Positions 14,930-28,850 of a stretch of DNA of 64,000 bases are shown piece by piece. Position numbers and translations under genes: made by a program. The notes below the pieces were generated by a model. The model was not told the DNA's origin. It saw only the letters and a list, made by a program, of their open reading frames with translations, and searched no databases. Source of the stretch: Eledone cirrhosa (taxonomy: Eukaryota); NCBI GenBank assembly GCA_964016885.1, contig OZ024761.1, forward strand, positions 62,001 through 126,000, in the 5' to 3' direction. Position 1 is the first letter of the stretch; each line of letters starts with the position of its first letter.

Positions 14930-15136
14930 GAGCAATGTGCGAGCAACTATAGGTTAATCACCTTTATATATATATATATACTATAGGTATATACCGAGCA
15001 ATGTGCCAGCAACTATAGGTTAATCACCTTTATATATATATATACTATAGGTATATACCGAGCAATGTGCCAGCAACTATAGGTTAATCACCTTTATATA
15101 TATATACTATAGGTATATACCGAGCAATGTGCGAGT
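12320..15136. repeat. Compound tandem array: constant 50-mer plus variable (TA)n, about 41 units
   Basis: Unit CTATAGGTATATACCGAGCAATGTGCGAGCAACTATAGGTTAATCACCTT followed by a (TA)n tract of variable length. Confidence 0.95.
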
Positions 15137-15917
15137 CTTCCCCTGTATTGAACTAAAAGCCTGTTTAAAATGCGACTTCCTTGTTGATCATCTTACCAGA
15201 AGCCGAACAATATTTTTTTGTGTAGGCGGACGGTACCTGATTTCGGAGCCGCAGAAACCCAAATGCTGGATTTTACCACCTTTCCAGGGGTCCGGGTAAA
15301 TTTTTCAATCATGTATATTTTTATTTGTTTGACCCGAATTACTTGATCGTATTTTTTGGCTGTGCGAATGATTGTTTAAACATCGTCTCAGTGTGTTTGG
15401 TATTAAACGTTAGTTTTAGCTCTGGTTCACCCGAACCATTGAGCACATTGCCGCACATTTCGAAGATTGTTTTTCGTTATTTCGTGGGCCGGAGTTTCGA
15501 TTCTCGATAATTTTATTTGTATATATATATATATATATATATATATAATGTGTGTATGTGTTATTTAAATTAATACATATATTTTTCAAATCTTAAACTA
15601 CAACTGTTAGAAATCAATAAATGAATTATATACATAATATGGAACCTTATCATCCCCCACCATCACGTGTTTCTACCAATATATACTTATATTTACACTG
15701 TTGTCATGGTAATTGTGAAAAAAACAACAACATATAGAGTATAAGATTTCTCTTCACTCCGCCCTCCGCCCGTGCCCACCACCCTCTACAATATTTTCCT
15801 TCATGCCATAACTACATCAGGACTTTGAGAAATTAAAGTCGCTTAAAAGAAAGGGAATAATTCTTTTTTTTTTTAATGTTAAAATGGAAGTCATCCAAAT
15901 TCTTTATCGCAACAAAT

Positions 15918-16467
15918 GCTATTACTACTGCTGTTGCTGCTACTGCTACTACTACTACTACTGCTGCTGCTACTACTACTACTGCTGCTGCTGCTACTAC
16001 GACTACTACTACTGCTGCAGCTGCTACTACGACTACGACTACTACTGCTGCTGCTACTGCGACTACTACTGCTGCTGCTACTGCTACTACTACTACTACT
16101 GCTGCTGCTGCTACTACGGCTACTACTGCTGCTGCTGCTACTACGACTACTACTACTGCTGCTGCTACTACTACGATTACTACTACTGCTACTACTACGA
16201 CTACTACTACTACGGCTACTACTACTACTGCTGCTGCTGCTGCTACTACTACGACTACTACTGCTGCTGCTACTGCGACTACTACTGCTGCTGCTACTGC
16301 GACTACTACTACTACTGCTGCTGCTACTACTACGACTACTACTACTACTGCTGTTGCTGCTACTACGACTACTACTACTGTTACTGCTACTGCTGCTACT
16401 GCAACTACTACTACTACTACTGCTGCTGCTACTACGACTACTACTACTGTGCTGCTGCTACTACGAT

Positions 16468-16508
<41 letters not shown>

Positions 16509-16564
16509 TTACTACTACTGGTACTACTACTAATACTACTACTACCACTACTGCTACTATTACT

Positions 16565-16632
<68 letters not shown>

Positions 16633-16831
16633 CACTACTGCTACTACTATTACAACTACTACAACAACTATTACTACTAATACTGCTACGACTACTGCTG
16701 GTACTACTACTACTACTACTAATAATAATAATAATAATTACTACTACCACTGCAACTACTACTACAACTATTGCTACTATTGTTACAACTACTACCACTG
16801 CTACTACTACTGCTGCTGCTACTACTACTGT

Positions 16832-16872
<41 letters not shown>

Positions 16873-16915
16873 TTACTACTATTACTACTACTACTATTAC
16901 TACTACTACTATTAC
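15918..16915. repeat. (CTA/CTG)n trinucleotide microsatellite
   Basis: Direct inspection. Confidence 0.95.
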
Positions 16916-17429
16916 CAACCACCACTTGATGATTTCTCCTGAATTAAACAGTTCTAGTCCTGTAGAAGCCATTTCTATATTAAACATGATGTTTACACTC
17001 TACTAAAGTATTGAGTACCTTACTGTGGTTACCCATGATTGTGTGTGTTTACTACAACAACCACGGCTGCAACAGTAACAACGCCTCAATTAATATCAAT
17101 TGCTTTTGATTTTCTTGTTGTTGCTGTTGTTATCGCCGTTATTCTCAATTTGACTTTCATGTTTGTTGTTGTTGTTGTCGTTGTCGTTGTTGTCGTTGTT
17201 GTTGTCGTCCTTGTCATTGTTTTTGCTGTTGTTGTTGTTGTCGTCGTTGTTGTTGTTGTTGTTGCTAATGACCATAATCATTATTAGCAGTGAACTTAAG
17301 ATTTATTTCCCGATTTACTTTCCTCTTCATCAGCGTAATTAGCCAAACTAATTATCGTTACGGAGCTAATTAAATGAACGATGGATTTTCTTAGAAATAA
17401 TATTGTTTGTGGTGAGGTCTCTCTTTCAC

Positions 17430-17905
17430 TCTGGTGATTTGGTCGCTTACGATGTTTCGTACAAAAACTGAGCACGTAACAAACTGGGAGCCTCTCCCAG
17501 GTGAATCTCTGTTGACTTGGTCGCTGTGTGTTAAAAACTGAAGATCTTTCATACAAGAACTGAGCACGTAACAATGTAGGAATATCTGGTAACTTGGTCG
17601 TAGATGAGATCATCCATACTAGAACTGAGCACGAAAACCTGTAGGAGTCTTTGGTGACTTGGTCGCTGTGTGACAGCAAATGAAGATCTTTCATACAAGA
17701 ACCGAGCATGTAACCCTGTAAGAGTCTTTGGGGACTTGGTCGCTATGTGTCAAAAACTGAAGATCTTTCATACAATGTATTTGGTGACTTGGTCGCTGTG
17801 TGACAGTAAATGATCTTCCATACAAGAACTAGGTACGTAACCCTGGTGAATCTCTGGTGACTTGGTCGCTGTGTGTCAGTAGCTGAAGATCTTTCATACA
17901 AGAAC
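17430..17905. repeat. Degenerate tandem repeat (GGTGACTTGGTCGCTGTGTG..GAAGATCTTTCATACAAGAACTGAGCACGTAAC), about 6 units
   Basis: Motifs recur at roughly 45-90 bp spacing. Confidence 0.8.
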
Positions 17906-17959
17906 TCTACATTTATAAATACAAACACACCTACAAACATACAAAAAGCAAATTTGTAT

Positions 17960-18660
17960 CGGGCCTCGGCGAGATTTGAACTCATAACGTAAAGGGCCGT
18001 AATTATATGCCACGAAGCCTGTTGTCTGGCGCTCTACCGATGCTACCAATCCCCCTCTATATTCATAAATAATACATACCTACAAACATAGAAGAAATCC
18101 ATTTATGTCTAGCCTCAGCGGGATTTGAACACAGAACGTAAAGGGCCGTAAGTATTTGCCGCAAAGCCTGTTGTCTGACGCTCTACCGACACTACCAATC
18201 CTCTTCTAGACTTATAGAGAATTATTTCTACTTTAGGCACAGGACCAGCAATTCGAAGGGGTGGGGAGTTGATTAAATCGACTCCAGTGCATTACTGGTA
18301 CTTTATTTTACCAACCCCGAAAGCATGAAAAGCAAAGCCTAACCTCAGCGAGATTTGAACTCAGAACGTAAAGGGCCGTAATTGTATGCCACGAAGCCTG
18401 CTGTCTCTACCGATACTACAAATCATCCTCTAGACTTATAAGTTGTTGTTTCTACTTTAGGCACAAGGCCAGCAATTTGAAAGGAAGGGAAAGTCGATTA
18501 AATCGATCCTCGTATATTACTGGTACTTTATTTTATCAACCCCTTAAGGATGAAAGACAAAGCTAACTTCAGCAGGATTTGAACTCTGAACATAAAGGGC
18601 TATAATTATATACTACGAAGCATACTGTCCGACGCTGTACAGATACTGCCAATCCATCAC
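17960..18660 (-). mobile_element. Tandem cluster of four S1 SINE copies or heads
   Basis: Minus strand shows an A-box-like TGGTAGCATCGGTAGAGCG, the B box GAGTTCAAATC, a shared central domain and the tail ..GTGCCTAAAGTAGAAA. Confidence 0.8.
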
Positions 18661-19012
18661 CAACAAACATAGAAGAAACACATTTATATCAGGCTCCGAT
18701 ACTTTAATATCTGGTTAGCGTGTTAAATAGATTTAAGTACGAAATATTTGATAAATCATTACGTAGAGATAAATAAGATTTCTAAAATCGTATTCATTGA
18801 ATTCATTGAAATCCGTTAGTCATGAAATATTTCTAGTTGTCTTCAATTTCAGTCTTAATTTTATTATTCTCATCACGTAAGCTGATCTTCAATTGTTTTA
18901 CTTTCAACATTTGTGGTTTGAATTTTCTTGTCCAAACCTATTTATATGGCAGACATATTGTAACTGAGTCGGTATTATGTGATACTTTCTTTCCAGTCAT
19001 TTTCTCTCTCGT

Positions 19013-19076
<64 letters not shown>

Positions 19077-19079
19077 TGT

Positions 19080-19635
19080 AAATGAGTGGAACAACAACAA
19101 CACCCAAACAAACAACACTGACCTAAGAGAAGTATAAATAAGTAAATAAAATAAAATAAAATAAGATAAATAAATACATACACAAGCACAATGACAACAA
19201 GCACATAAACACACACTAGTCACCCAGCAGACACAACACTATACACACTAGTCACACAGCAAACGTAACACTATACACACACGCAAACGCATGCGCAAAG
19301 AAGACAAAATAAAATAAACAAACAAGCAAATAAATAAATAAATATATAGACAGACTGAATAAAAAATGGCGTAGACATACAACACAACAGGAGGAAAAAA
19401 TATAACACCACTGACGATGTTGCAGATGTGCAACGAAAGATTTATGTAAATTATGTAAACTATATATGTGTTTGTGTCTATATTGTATCTGTATTATTTT
19501 TGACCGTCGGTCAGTCAATGGCAACATTGAGGACCGATTAAGTTAGATCGCAGATATAAAAGACAGCGAGAAGCGAAAACCAACCAAACAGTGAGTGTGT
19601 TCTGTTATTAATTCTGGCAATATTACACAAATATG
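19080..19635 (+). mobile_element. 5'-truncated PLE family F (3' end and pseudo-LTR)
   Basis: Reverse-complement homolog of 43075-43610. Begins with the last codons of the endonuclease ORF (NEWNNNNTQTNNTDLREV*) and lies between (TA)n tracts. Confidence 0.8.
19408..19447 (+). ncRNA. Hammerhead-like motif (family F)
   Basis: CTGACGA-T-GTTGCA-GATG-TGCAAC-GAAA-GATT-TA; stem I is weak. Confidence 0.55.
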
Positions 19636-19649
19636 ACCCTCCCCAAGTA

Positions 19650-19701
<52 letters not shown>

Positions 19702-19742
19702 CGAAACATAAATCAATTGCATGAACTCATAATCCTTTATTT

Positions 19743-19798
19743 ACTGCTATATTTATTTCGATGATAACCATTGACTGGCTATGACCTCATCAGGCAGT
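19743..19798 (-). ncRNA. Type-I hammerhead ribozyme
   Basis: ACTGC-CTGATGA-GGTCATAGCCA-GTCAA-TGGTTATCATC-GAAA-TAAATA-TA^GCAGT: perfect 5-bp stem I and canonical core. Confidence 0.85.
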
Positions 19799-19899
19799 TA
19801 GTCAGTTCTTAGATATGCCAGCTCTGTGTGTATAGTGTTGATGGTATCAGAGCCTTGGGACATATATATATATGGACGAGAGCGAAAATACACACACAC

Positions 19900-19989
<90 letters not shown>

Positions 19990-20056
19990 GCGTGTGTGCG
20001 TGTGTATATATATATGCATTTATATATATGTGTATATTTACATATATATATATGTA

Positions 20057-20312
20057 TATGAATGTATATATAGTGTATTTTGCAATACACTGTATGCTTA
20101 ATTAAAAGCATTTCGAAGACCTTATGCTATTGTTTTAGAGTAGTGACAGACTCACTTACTTTAATTTTGCTGAAAATTAAAGTAAGTGAGACTGTCACTA
20201 CTCTAAAACAATAGCGTAAGGTCTTCGAAATGATTTTAATTAAGCATACAGTGTATTGCAAAATACACTATATATACATTCATATATATTTCAGAGCACC
20301 AATTCTAATATA
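20057..20312. mobile_element. Near-perfect ~228-bp palindrome with a short unique tail, in (TA)n
   Basis: Arms of ~112 bp centred near 20170. The tail TTCAGAGCACCAATTCTAATA recurs inverted at ~33005-33025. Confidence 0.7.
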
Positions 20313-20429
20313 TGTATATATATGTATAGGTATTTATATGTATATGTATTTATATATATATATATGTATATGTATTTATATGTATATGTATGTGTGTATA
20401 TATATATGAGTGTGTGTGTGTATTTATTG

Positions 20430-20518
20430 AAGTGTGACGCGCGTTTCGAGATTGATCAGCCCAAGGTTCGGTCTGTGTCGACCGGGCCTGACTCTGGAAT
20501 CAAAGGCTCATCAGACTT
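20430..20518 (-). ncRNA. Hammerhead ribozyme with an extended stem II
   Basis: AAGT-CTGATGA-(~60-nt irregular hairpin)-GAAA-CGCGCG-TC^ACACTT: palindromic stem III and a GUC site. Confidence 0.6.
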
Positions 20519-20528
20519 CTGTTCTTGC

Positions 20529-20637
<109 letters not shown>

Positions 20638-20755
20638 ATGTATATATGTGTGTGTGTGTGTAAATATATACGTTTGGCGTAACCCCTCTCCTCTATTTCG
20701 TTATGTGCTCTTTGTTTCCCCTTCTTTCCTTCACTGTCACTCCCTCTCTCCCTCA

Positions 20756-20819
<64 letters not shown>

Positions 20820-21119
20820 GTCTGTTAAATCCCGATGAAGTGGTAGGGATGGCATCGTAACAGGGTAGGGTGATTCTAGGACATTTGAACTTGGAGCTTA
20901 CCATCTCTTCTGGTCTGATTGCAGGAGATTTCTTCCTTCACTACGAGTGAGTGAAATATAGAAAGAAAACGACTGCAAAGTAGATTCAATTCTAATGTTG
21001 TCCTCTACGGAATTGGAACTGATAATCAAAGCTATTCCAGCAAACCTTTCAATTCCACCCCATAATCAGCCTACCACGTCATCACGTGTGTGCGTGAGCG
21101 TGTGTGGCTACATATATGC

Positions 21120-21191
<72 letters not shown>

Positions 21192-21349
21192 GCATATATC
21201 TAGACACACATATATACATACATATATACACGTATATACATATTTATAAATTTATATATACTTCTCTCTCTCTCTCTCCCCCTCTCTCTCTCTCCCTCCT
21301 CCCCGTCTCGCACCTCTGTATATCTCTCTCTCTCTCCCTCTCGCTCTCA

Positions 21350-21392
<43 letters not shown>

Positions 21393-21839
21393 ATATCACC
21401 GCCGCCTCTCTCTCTCTCTCTATCTCTCTCTCTCACTCTCTCTCTCTCTCTCTTTATATTTATATATATATATATATATATATTATAATGTGTGTATGTG
21501 TATATATGCTTTGTCAATCTCTGTATGTGTAAATATGTTTATAACACACTAACCTTGTCCATTTAACCTTCCTTAGCTCCTTATTGCATCCCCCCCCCCA
21601 GACACACCTACACCACCACCTCCACCTTATTTACATCCATTCACTTCTATTTAAAGCCATTAGTGCCATTAGCTTTTGTAAAACTTTCCGGATGGTTTCA
21701 CTCCATACACACATACATACGCACATACATACATACATACATACATACATACATACATAGACACACACACACACATATATATATAAATATATATGCATAT
21801 GCAAATACATATATGCATATGCACACATACTCATATATA

Positions 21840-22370
<531 letters not shown>

Positions 22371-23060
22371 TAGTTGGATTGATAATGTTTTCGAAAAAAC
22401 TGATTAACCCGCGTGTATATTATTTTTTTTCCTCCTTTCGTGGATCGTGGTTGTCTACCTTTCCCGCTTGGTGACGCTATAATACTTCCACAGTAAAAAA
22501 CTGCTGGAATTTCAAATTTGCCGGTCAATCGATGCGGGAAGGAGCAACTTAACGGACATGATTTTTAACTGTGGTAAGAAATGTTTTTCTTATATCAAAG
22601 TTTATTGGGCTTCCACTGATTATTTATAAGAGCCCACCTAAATATATTCTTACATGAATGTATATTAGGCTTCTACATAAACTGGAAATATTCTCCGAAT
22701 TTGTAGAAAACTTATAATGAAACAATTGTTTGGAAAGAGAGATATATTTTAACTTTAATTATATCTCATAAAATAATACAACTGGCTTTTCCACATAATA
22801 CATATTGTTAGCACCTCAAACACTTAACTTGGGTTTATATTAAAATATAACCTAATGTTTGTTGAGTGAGATGGTTACCAGTCAGAGATTAGCTTTAAAC
22901 TATCTCTGTTATTGTATTAATTATATATAGAATATATATATATATATAATATATATAATATATATATAATATATATATATATATGTATATATATATAATA
23001 TATATATATATATAATATATATATAGAATATATATATATATATAATATATATCTCTACAT

Positions 23061-23219
23061 CTAAGGCGGGTAAAATTCCCGAGATCCATGGACGAGTTCT
23101 CTCCAGCGGTCTCTGTCCCTCATTATCGCTGCCATATCCTGCATCACCAACAGACCAGCGTCTGTCCTTAGGGCATCAACATATGTTAACCTTGGTCTTC
23201 CACTTCTATTGTGTCCATG
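23061..23219 (-). mobile_element. RTE-clade LINE ORF C-terminal fragment
   Basis: HGHNRSGRPRLTYVDALRTDAGLLVMQDMAAIMRDRDRWRELVHGSREFYPP* matches the GRP..TY.D....D......M.DR..WR signature of RTE C-termini. Confidence 0.75.
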
Positions 23220-23554
23220 TAAAATATGTATAATATTGTATGTATATGTATAATATATATATATCTATAATATTGTATAATATTGTATGCATATGTATAA
23301 TATATATATATCTATATAATATATATATATATTATATATATATATTATATATATATATAATATATATATATAATATATATAATATATATATATAATATAT
23401 ATATATAATATATATATATATTATATATATATATATTCTCTATATATATATATTTTTTTTTTTTTATTCGATCGACTTTCGTCAAATCGGACCGAGGAAA
23501 CAATGTTTCCATCGGTCTTTCCAGTTGTTAATACTATCTATCGGTCGCAACTCC

Positions 23555-23683
23555 AGGTAGAAGGAGCAACGTGAAATAAAATGTCTTGCTCAAGGACATA
23601 ACGCATCGACTGGTCTAGGACTCGAACTCACAACCTCAAGATTGTGAATGCAATTCTCTAACCACTCAGCCACACGCTTTCAC
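23555..23683 (-). mobile_element. tRNA-derived CORE-type SINE (family S2)
   Basis: Minus strand: GTGGCTGAGTGGTTAG (A box), GAGTTCGAGTCC (B box), then GTCCTTGAGCAAGACA.. resembling the CORE domain. Confidence 0.7.
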
Positions 23684-24206
23684 TCTCTATATATATTATA
23701 TATATATTATATATATATATTATATATTATATATATATATTATATTTATATATATATATATTATATATATTATATATATTTATATAATATATATATATTA
23801 TATATATATATTATATATATATGATATATATATATATATTATATATCTATATATATATAATATATATATATATATAATATATATATAATATATATATATA
23901 ATATATAATATATATATATATAATATATATATTTAATATATATATAATATATAATATATATATATATATAATATATATATATAATATATATATATATAAT
24001 ATATATATATATAATGTATATAAATATAATATATATATATATTATATATATATATAATATATGTAATATATATATAATATATATATATATATAATATATA
24101 TATAATATATATATATATATAATATATATTTATATATATTATATATATATATATAATATATATTTATATATATTTATATATTAATATATATTTATATATA
24201 TTATAT

Positions 24207-24238
<32 letters not shown>

Positions 24239-24402
24239 ATATATATATATATAATATATATATATATAATATATATATATATATATAATATATATATATA
24301 ATATATATATATAATATATATTTATATATATTATATATATATATATATAATATATATTTATATATATTTATATATTAATATATATTTATATATATTATAT
24401 AT

Positions 24403-24436
<34 letters not shown>

Positions 24437-24472
24437 ATATATAATATATATATATAATATATATATATATAA

Positions 24473-24660
24473 TTGTTTCTACTTTTTGGCACAAGGCCAG
24501 CAAATTACCCAGTGAATTACTGGTACTTTATTTTATCGACCCCGTAAGGATGAAAGGCAAAGTTAACCTCGGCGAGATTTGAACTCAGATCATAAAGGGA
24601 GGTAACTCTATGCTTCAAAGCATGGCGTCCGACCCTCTACCGATACTGCCAATCCACCGC

Positions 24661-24661
<1 letters not shown>
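24473..24661 (-). mobile_element. S1 SINE, near full length
   Basis: A and B boxes, central domain and tail as in 17960-18660. Confidence 0.8.
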
Positions 24662-24700
<39 letters not shown>

Positions 24701-25099
24701 ATATATATATATATATATATATAACATATATATATATATAATATATATTCATTAGTTAAGCAAAACAAGACCACAATCTTCACAAGGAAGACATTATTAA
24801 AAGATTGGCAACATATTTTAGTTTGATGTAAGGAATGTATAGAATAATAATAATAATATTAATAATAATAATGTCCGTTTACAATTGTTTCGCTACTCCA
24901 TATAATATTTCTGGATCTATATATCATAATTGATCTGGTTCAGTTGAAAATAATTAACATATTTAAAAAACAGAGTGGCTCATCGGAACTCAAAGGAATA
25001 TAAATTAAAATAATGTTATATAATATATTGGTTTTTACTATGGGTAATACAACCCATACGGGTAATACAACCCATACGGGTAATACAACCCATTCAATA

Positions 25100-25920
25100 T
25101 ATGAGGGTAACGTCGAGGTAATTAACGACCGAGAGATTGGCCTCAACCTGTATAGAGAGGTTGAAGCCTTTAAAGAAGGCTGTGAGTTCTTTTCTGAACC
25201 TGTCGCAAGCACGAGGTCCGCACTTAGTCATGGTCAAAAGACCATCGTCACGGTACAAACCACCGCCCGCGTTGGGGAATTCGTCCTTGGTAGAGAAAAG
25301 AAGGAAAAGGCCGATAAGTTCAGTAACCTCCGCAGAGTCACTGGCGCCCATACTCACGTCGAATGGGGGTACTATTGGATTTTTTAATCCAAATAGAGTC
25401 GTCGAAATTAATCACCGACTTTCGGGCATTAAGGATGACATCAACTTCGAAATCCTTAACCACTGTGAGTGTTTTAGCGAAATTGATAGCTCTAAGGAGA
25501 AGTGGTAAAGTGATGGAGGAGTAGTAATTGTTGATGTCGAATTGGATAAAACGGCAATGTTCCTTGTTACATATGCCGTTGAACCAATCAATCACCGCGA
25601 AAGAATTGTTCCACAGTGCGAGAGGGGCCAAACTTCGAATTTCAGGTATAATTCTATCAAGAATCGTTTTACTAAGTTTACCTAAATCGGACTTCGTAGG
25701 GTTAATAAGCCGAATAGAGGGGTTGTTCGGAAAATTGGATTTGTGATCCTTCAGGGTAAAGTGGGGAGAGATAGGGTCCAGATGTTCGGTCCGGTTCAGG
25801 ATGTTGAGATCAGATGTGATTTTAAACCCAGCATCGTTGACTTCATTGATGACGCACCGGTTAGTTTTACGGTAATCTTTAGTTACAGCATTATGTAGTA
25901 GTTGATGGTAAGTACTGCGC
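25100..25920 (-). pseudogene. Penelope-like (Neptune-type) reverse transcriptase fragment
   Basis: ..TLKDHKSNFPNNPSIRLINPTKSDLGKLSKTILD..WNNSFAVIDWF..FIQFDINNYYSSI.. then a frameshift near 25370, then PFDVSMGASDSAEVTELIGL..GLYRDDGL..VNYLDVTL. These are RT motifs including the catalytic YRDD. Truncated at both ends. Confidence 0.9.
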
Positions 25921-26287
25921 TCCGTGTCTGCGTGAGTATGCAGGTTCGTACGTATGGTGGGTGTGTGTATATGTGTACTTCTTGTTTTAGTTGACTTACG
26001 TCTCCGAACATTTGTGTATTTATATGTAGGTATGTGTGTGCGCTTGTTATATACGTATTTATTTACTTATATACGTTTATATAATTATTTATTTATTTGT
26101 ACACAAGCATACACATACACACATATTTATATGTGCGTGGTTTTGTATACCTATGGTAAGGTTTTGCGTATGCTTGTGTATGTACGTATCTGTTTGCGTG
26201 TATGTATTTATTTGTTTCTATTACTTCTGTATTGTATTTATTTACTTTGTTCTTAACTCTGTAGCGGAGATTCATTTGGTTAGAATT

Positions 26288-26558
26288 TTAGTCTACGACT
26301 TCTGCTATACCATTTACGTGGTTTTATCTTTGCGTGCTATTGTCCTCCACGCTCCACATATGACTTATTATCTTCGTTTTTTCGTTCATTGCCAGAGAAC
26401 GTCTCTATGCACCACCTAAGAGAACATTAGTCTACGACCTCTTTTATACCATAAACGTGGTTCTGTCTTTGCGCGTAATGGTTTTTCACCGCTCCGATTA
26501 ATGACGTATTATTCGTTTTTTCCCGTTCTTTGCCAGCGAACGTTTCCACGAACCAAAG
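26288..26558. repeat. Diverged ~140-bp tandem duplication
   Basis: TTAGTCTACGAC..TATACCAT..CGTGGTT..TCTTTGCG..TGCCAG.GAACGT occurs twice. Confidence 0.7.
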
Positions 26559-26708
26559 TATCCTCTTCCTGTCTTCCTCCGGTTGCAACGTTTTTTGAAA
26601 TATTCAGTTCTGCGTTTGCAGATTGACTTTGTTAGTTTCAGAAGATCCCGTTAAGGGTGAAAGCAGCGATTCTTTGCTTAAACTTTAATCTGGTATTTTA
26701 ATAAATAT

Positions 26709-26785
<77 letters not shown>

Positions 26786-27121
26786 TATATATATATTATA
26801 TATATATATTATATATATATATTATATATATATTATATATATATATTATATATATATTATATATATATATATATATTATATATATATATTATACATATAT
26901 ATTATATATATATATATATATAATATATATATATATTATATATATATATATATATAATATATATATATATAATATATATATATATATATAATATATATAT
27001 ATATAATATATATATATAATATATATATATATACAATATATATATATAATATATATATATATAATATATATATTTATATAATCTATATATATACAATATA
27101 TATATATATAATATATATATG

Positions 27122-27236
<115 letters not shown>

Positions 27237-27429
27237 ATATATAATATATATCTATATTATATATATATATATATATTATATATATATATATTATATATAC
27301 ATATATATATTATATATATATATATAATATATATATAAATATTTATATATATCTACAAATATTCTCACTCACACCGCAGACACCCACACATATATAAACA
27401 TATCGACATATATATGCACATATATTCAT

Positions 27430-27940
27430 GCACACACACACACACCACTTACACACTGACTCAGTCACACCACATACACACACACACACCACTTACACAC
27501 TGACTCAGTCACACCACATACACACACACACACCACTTACACACTGACTCAGTCACACCACATACACACACACCACTTACACACTGACTCAGTCACACCA
27601 CATACACACACACACACTCTCTCTCTCTCACACACACATAATTGCAGTAATTCAAACTGATATTTTACGTAGTTGTTTTCCAGGAGATTCGCGTTTCCGT
27701 TTTTCAGCACGAGTAAAGATTTCATATTATGAACCCTTCAGTTTTACACCACAAGACTCTACACTAGACTACACTCCACTCCACTACACTCCACTACACT
27801 ACACTACACTTCACTACACTACACTACACTACTCTACACTCCACTACACTCCACTACACTCCACTACACTACACTACACTACACCACACAACTCTACACC
27901 ACACTACTCTACACCACACTACACCGCACTACACACAGTA
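27430..27940. repeat. ~42-bp CA-rich repeat x4 (containing TGACTCAGTCA) and a (CTACA)n tract
   Basis: Direct inspection (27430-27617 and 27757-27940). Confidence 0.85.
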
Positions 27941-28629
27941 CCAGTCTAGTACTGATAGTCGATTCTTCCTCGCTTCCATTCTCTCCCTCTCTCTACTTCT
28001 CTGGAAGCAATCTGTCGTGTTTAGACCTGGAGAGAGGAGATGTTTAAAAATAAATGCCCTAGAAACACCGTATGTCGATACGGTGCTCCTGAAAATCCGT
28101 CAGCAATTACGGAATGAAAGAGAAAATATTTATTTTTTGCTCGACATCTTTTCTTTTCCACGTAAAAAAAAAAAAAAAAAATCCCCGTAAAGCTGCTTCG
28201 GGGTATGTATAGCTGTTTTTGATATGTGAGTATTGTTCAGGCAAACAACATGGCCTGTCCAGTGAATTACGTTCTTTTTCTAGCAGGATTTGTTGTGTTC
28301 AAACGCTTTCGTGTCGGCCATTTTATGCGCAACAATCTGCCGAGACGTGTAGACGAGTTGTGTGAAAATGATTCAGTTAGCACAATAGCTGATCTAAAGG
28401 AAAGTTCTTAAGACATCAATAAGTTTGATTGCTATGAAGAGTGAAGTGTTTTAATGTTTCAGCGTTTAATGGCGACTATAGAAAGACAAAAGTATGATTG
28501 TTTCGTTTGGCCGTATTGTTACATCGTCCATACGTCGATCTATTCTTCTTGAATAAGATTGTAGAGAAAAGGCGAAACTGCTGTTGCGGTGGAGGTGTCG
28601 ACATGTATGTATTGTTATGTATTACCTTC

Positions 28630-28850
28630 TACCATTGATCTGTTTGTTGCTCGTTAATGAAATATAGAGAAAGATGGTGTTGTTGTTGGCATGGGTGTAT
28701 CATTAGGTATTACTGTGCTCCATCGATCTGTCTGTTGTATCTTAATGAAATATAGAGAAAGATGGTGTTGTTGTTGTTGGCATGGGTGTATCATTAGGTA
28801 TTACTGTGCTCCATCGATCTGTCTGTTGTATCTTAATGAAATATAGAAAA
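28630..28850. repeat. ~90-bp tandem duplication, about 2.5 units
   Basis: CCATCGATCTGTCTGTTGTATCTTAATGAAATATAGA recurs. Confidence 0.85.

Noticed and set aside
12320-15136. CRISPR array
   Set aside because: The spacers are only (TA)n, there are no cas genes, and the context is eukaryotic.
15833-17006. Poly-Thr/Ala/Val/Leu ORFs resembling mucin or antifreeze proteins
   Set aside because: A trinucleotide microsatellite open in most frames on both strands, with no unique coding context.
17960-18660. tRNA genes (A and B boxes; also at 23555, 29392 and 45660-46310)
   Set aside because: No cloverleaf; the boxes belong to SINE heads followed by SINE bodies.
22780-22850. Possible degenerate GIY-YIG motif (minus strand, KCLRC..YV..GK)
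   Set aside because: Interrupted by stops and too short to distinguish from chance.
24885-24945. HHR-like GAAACAATTGTA on the minus strand
   Set aside because: No intact CUGANGA core or stem I found.
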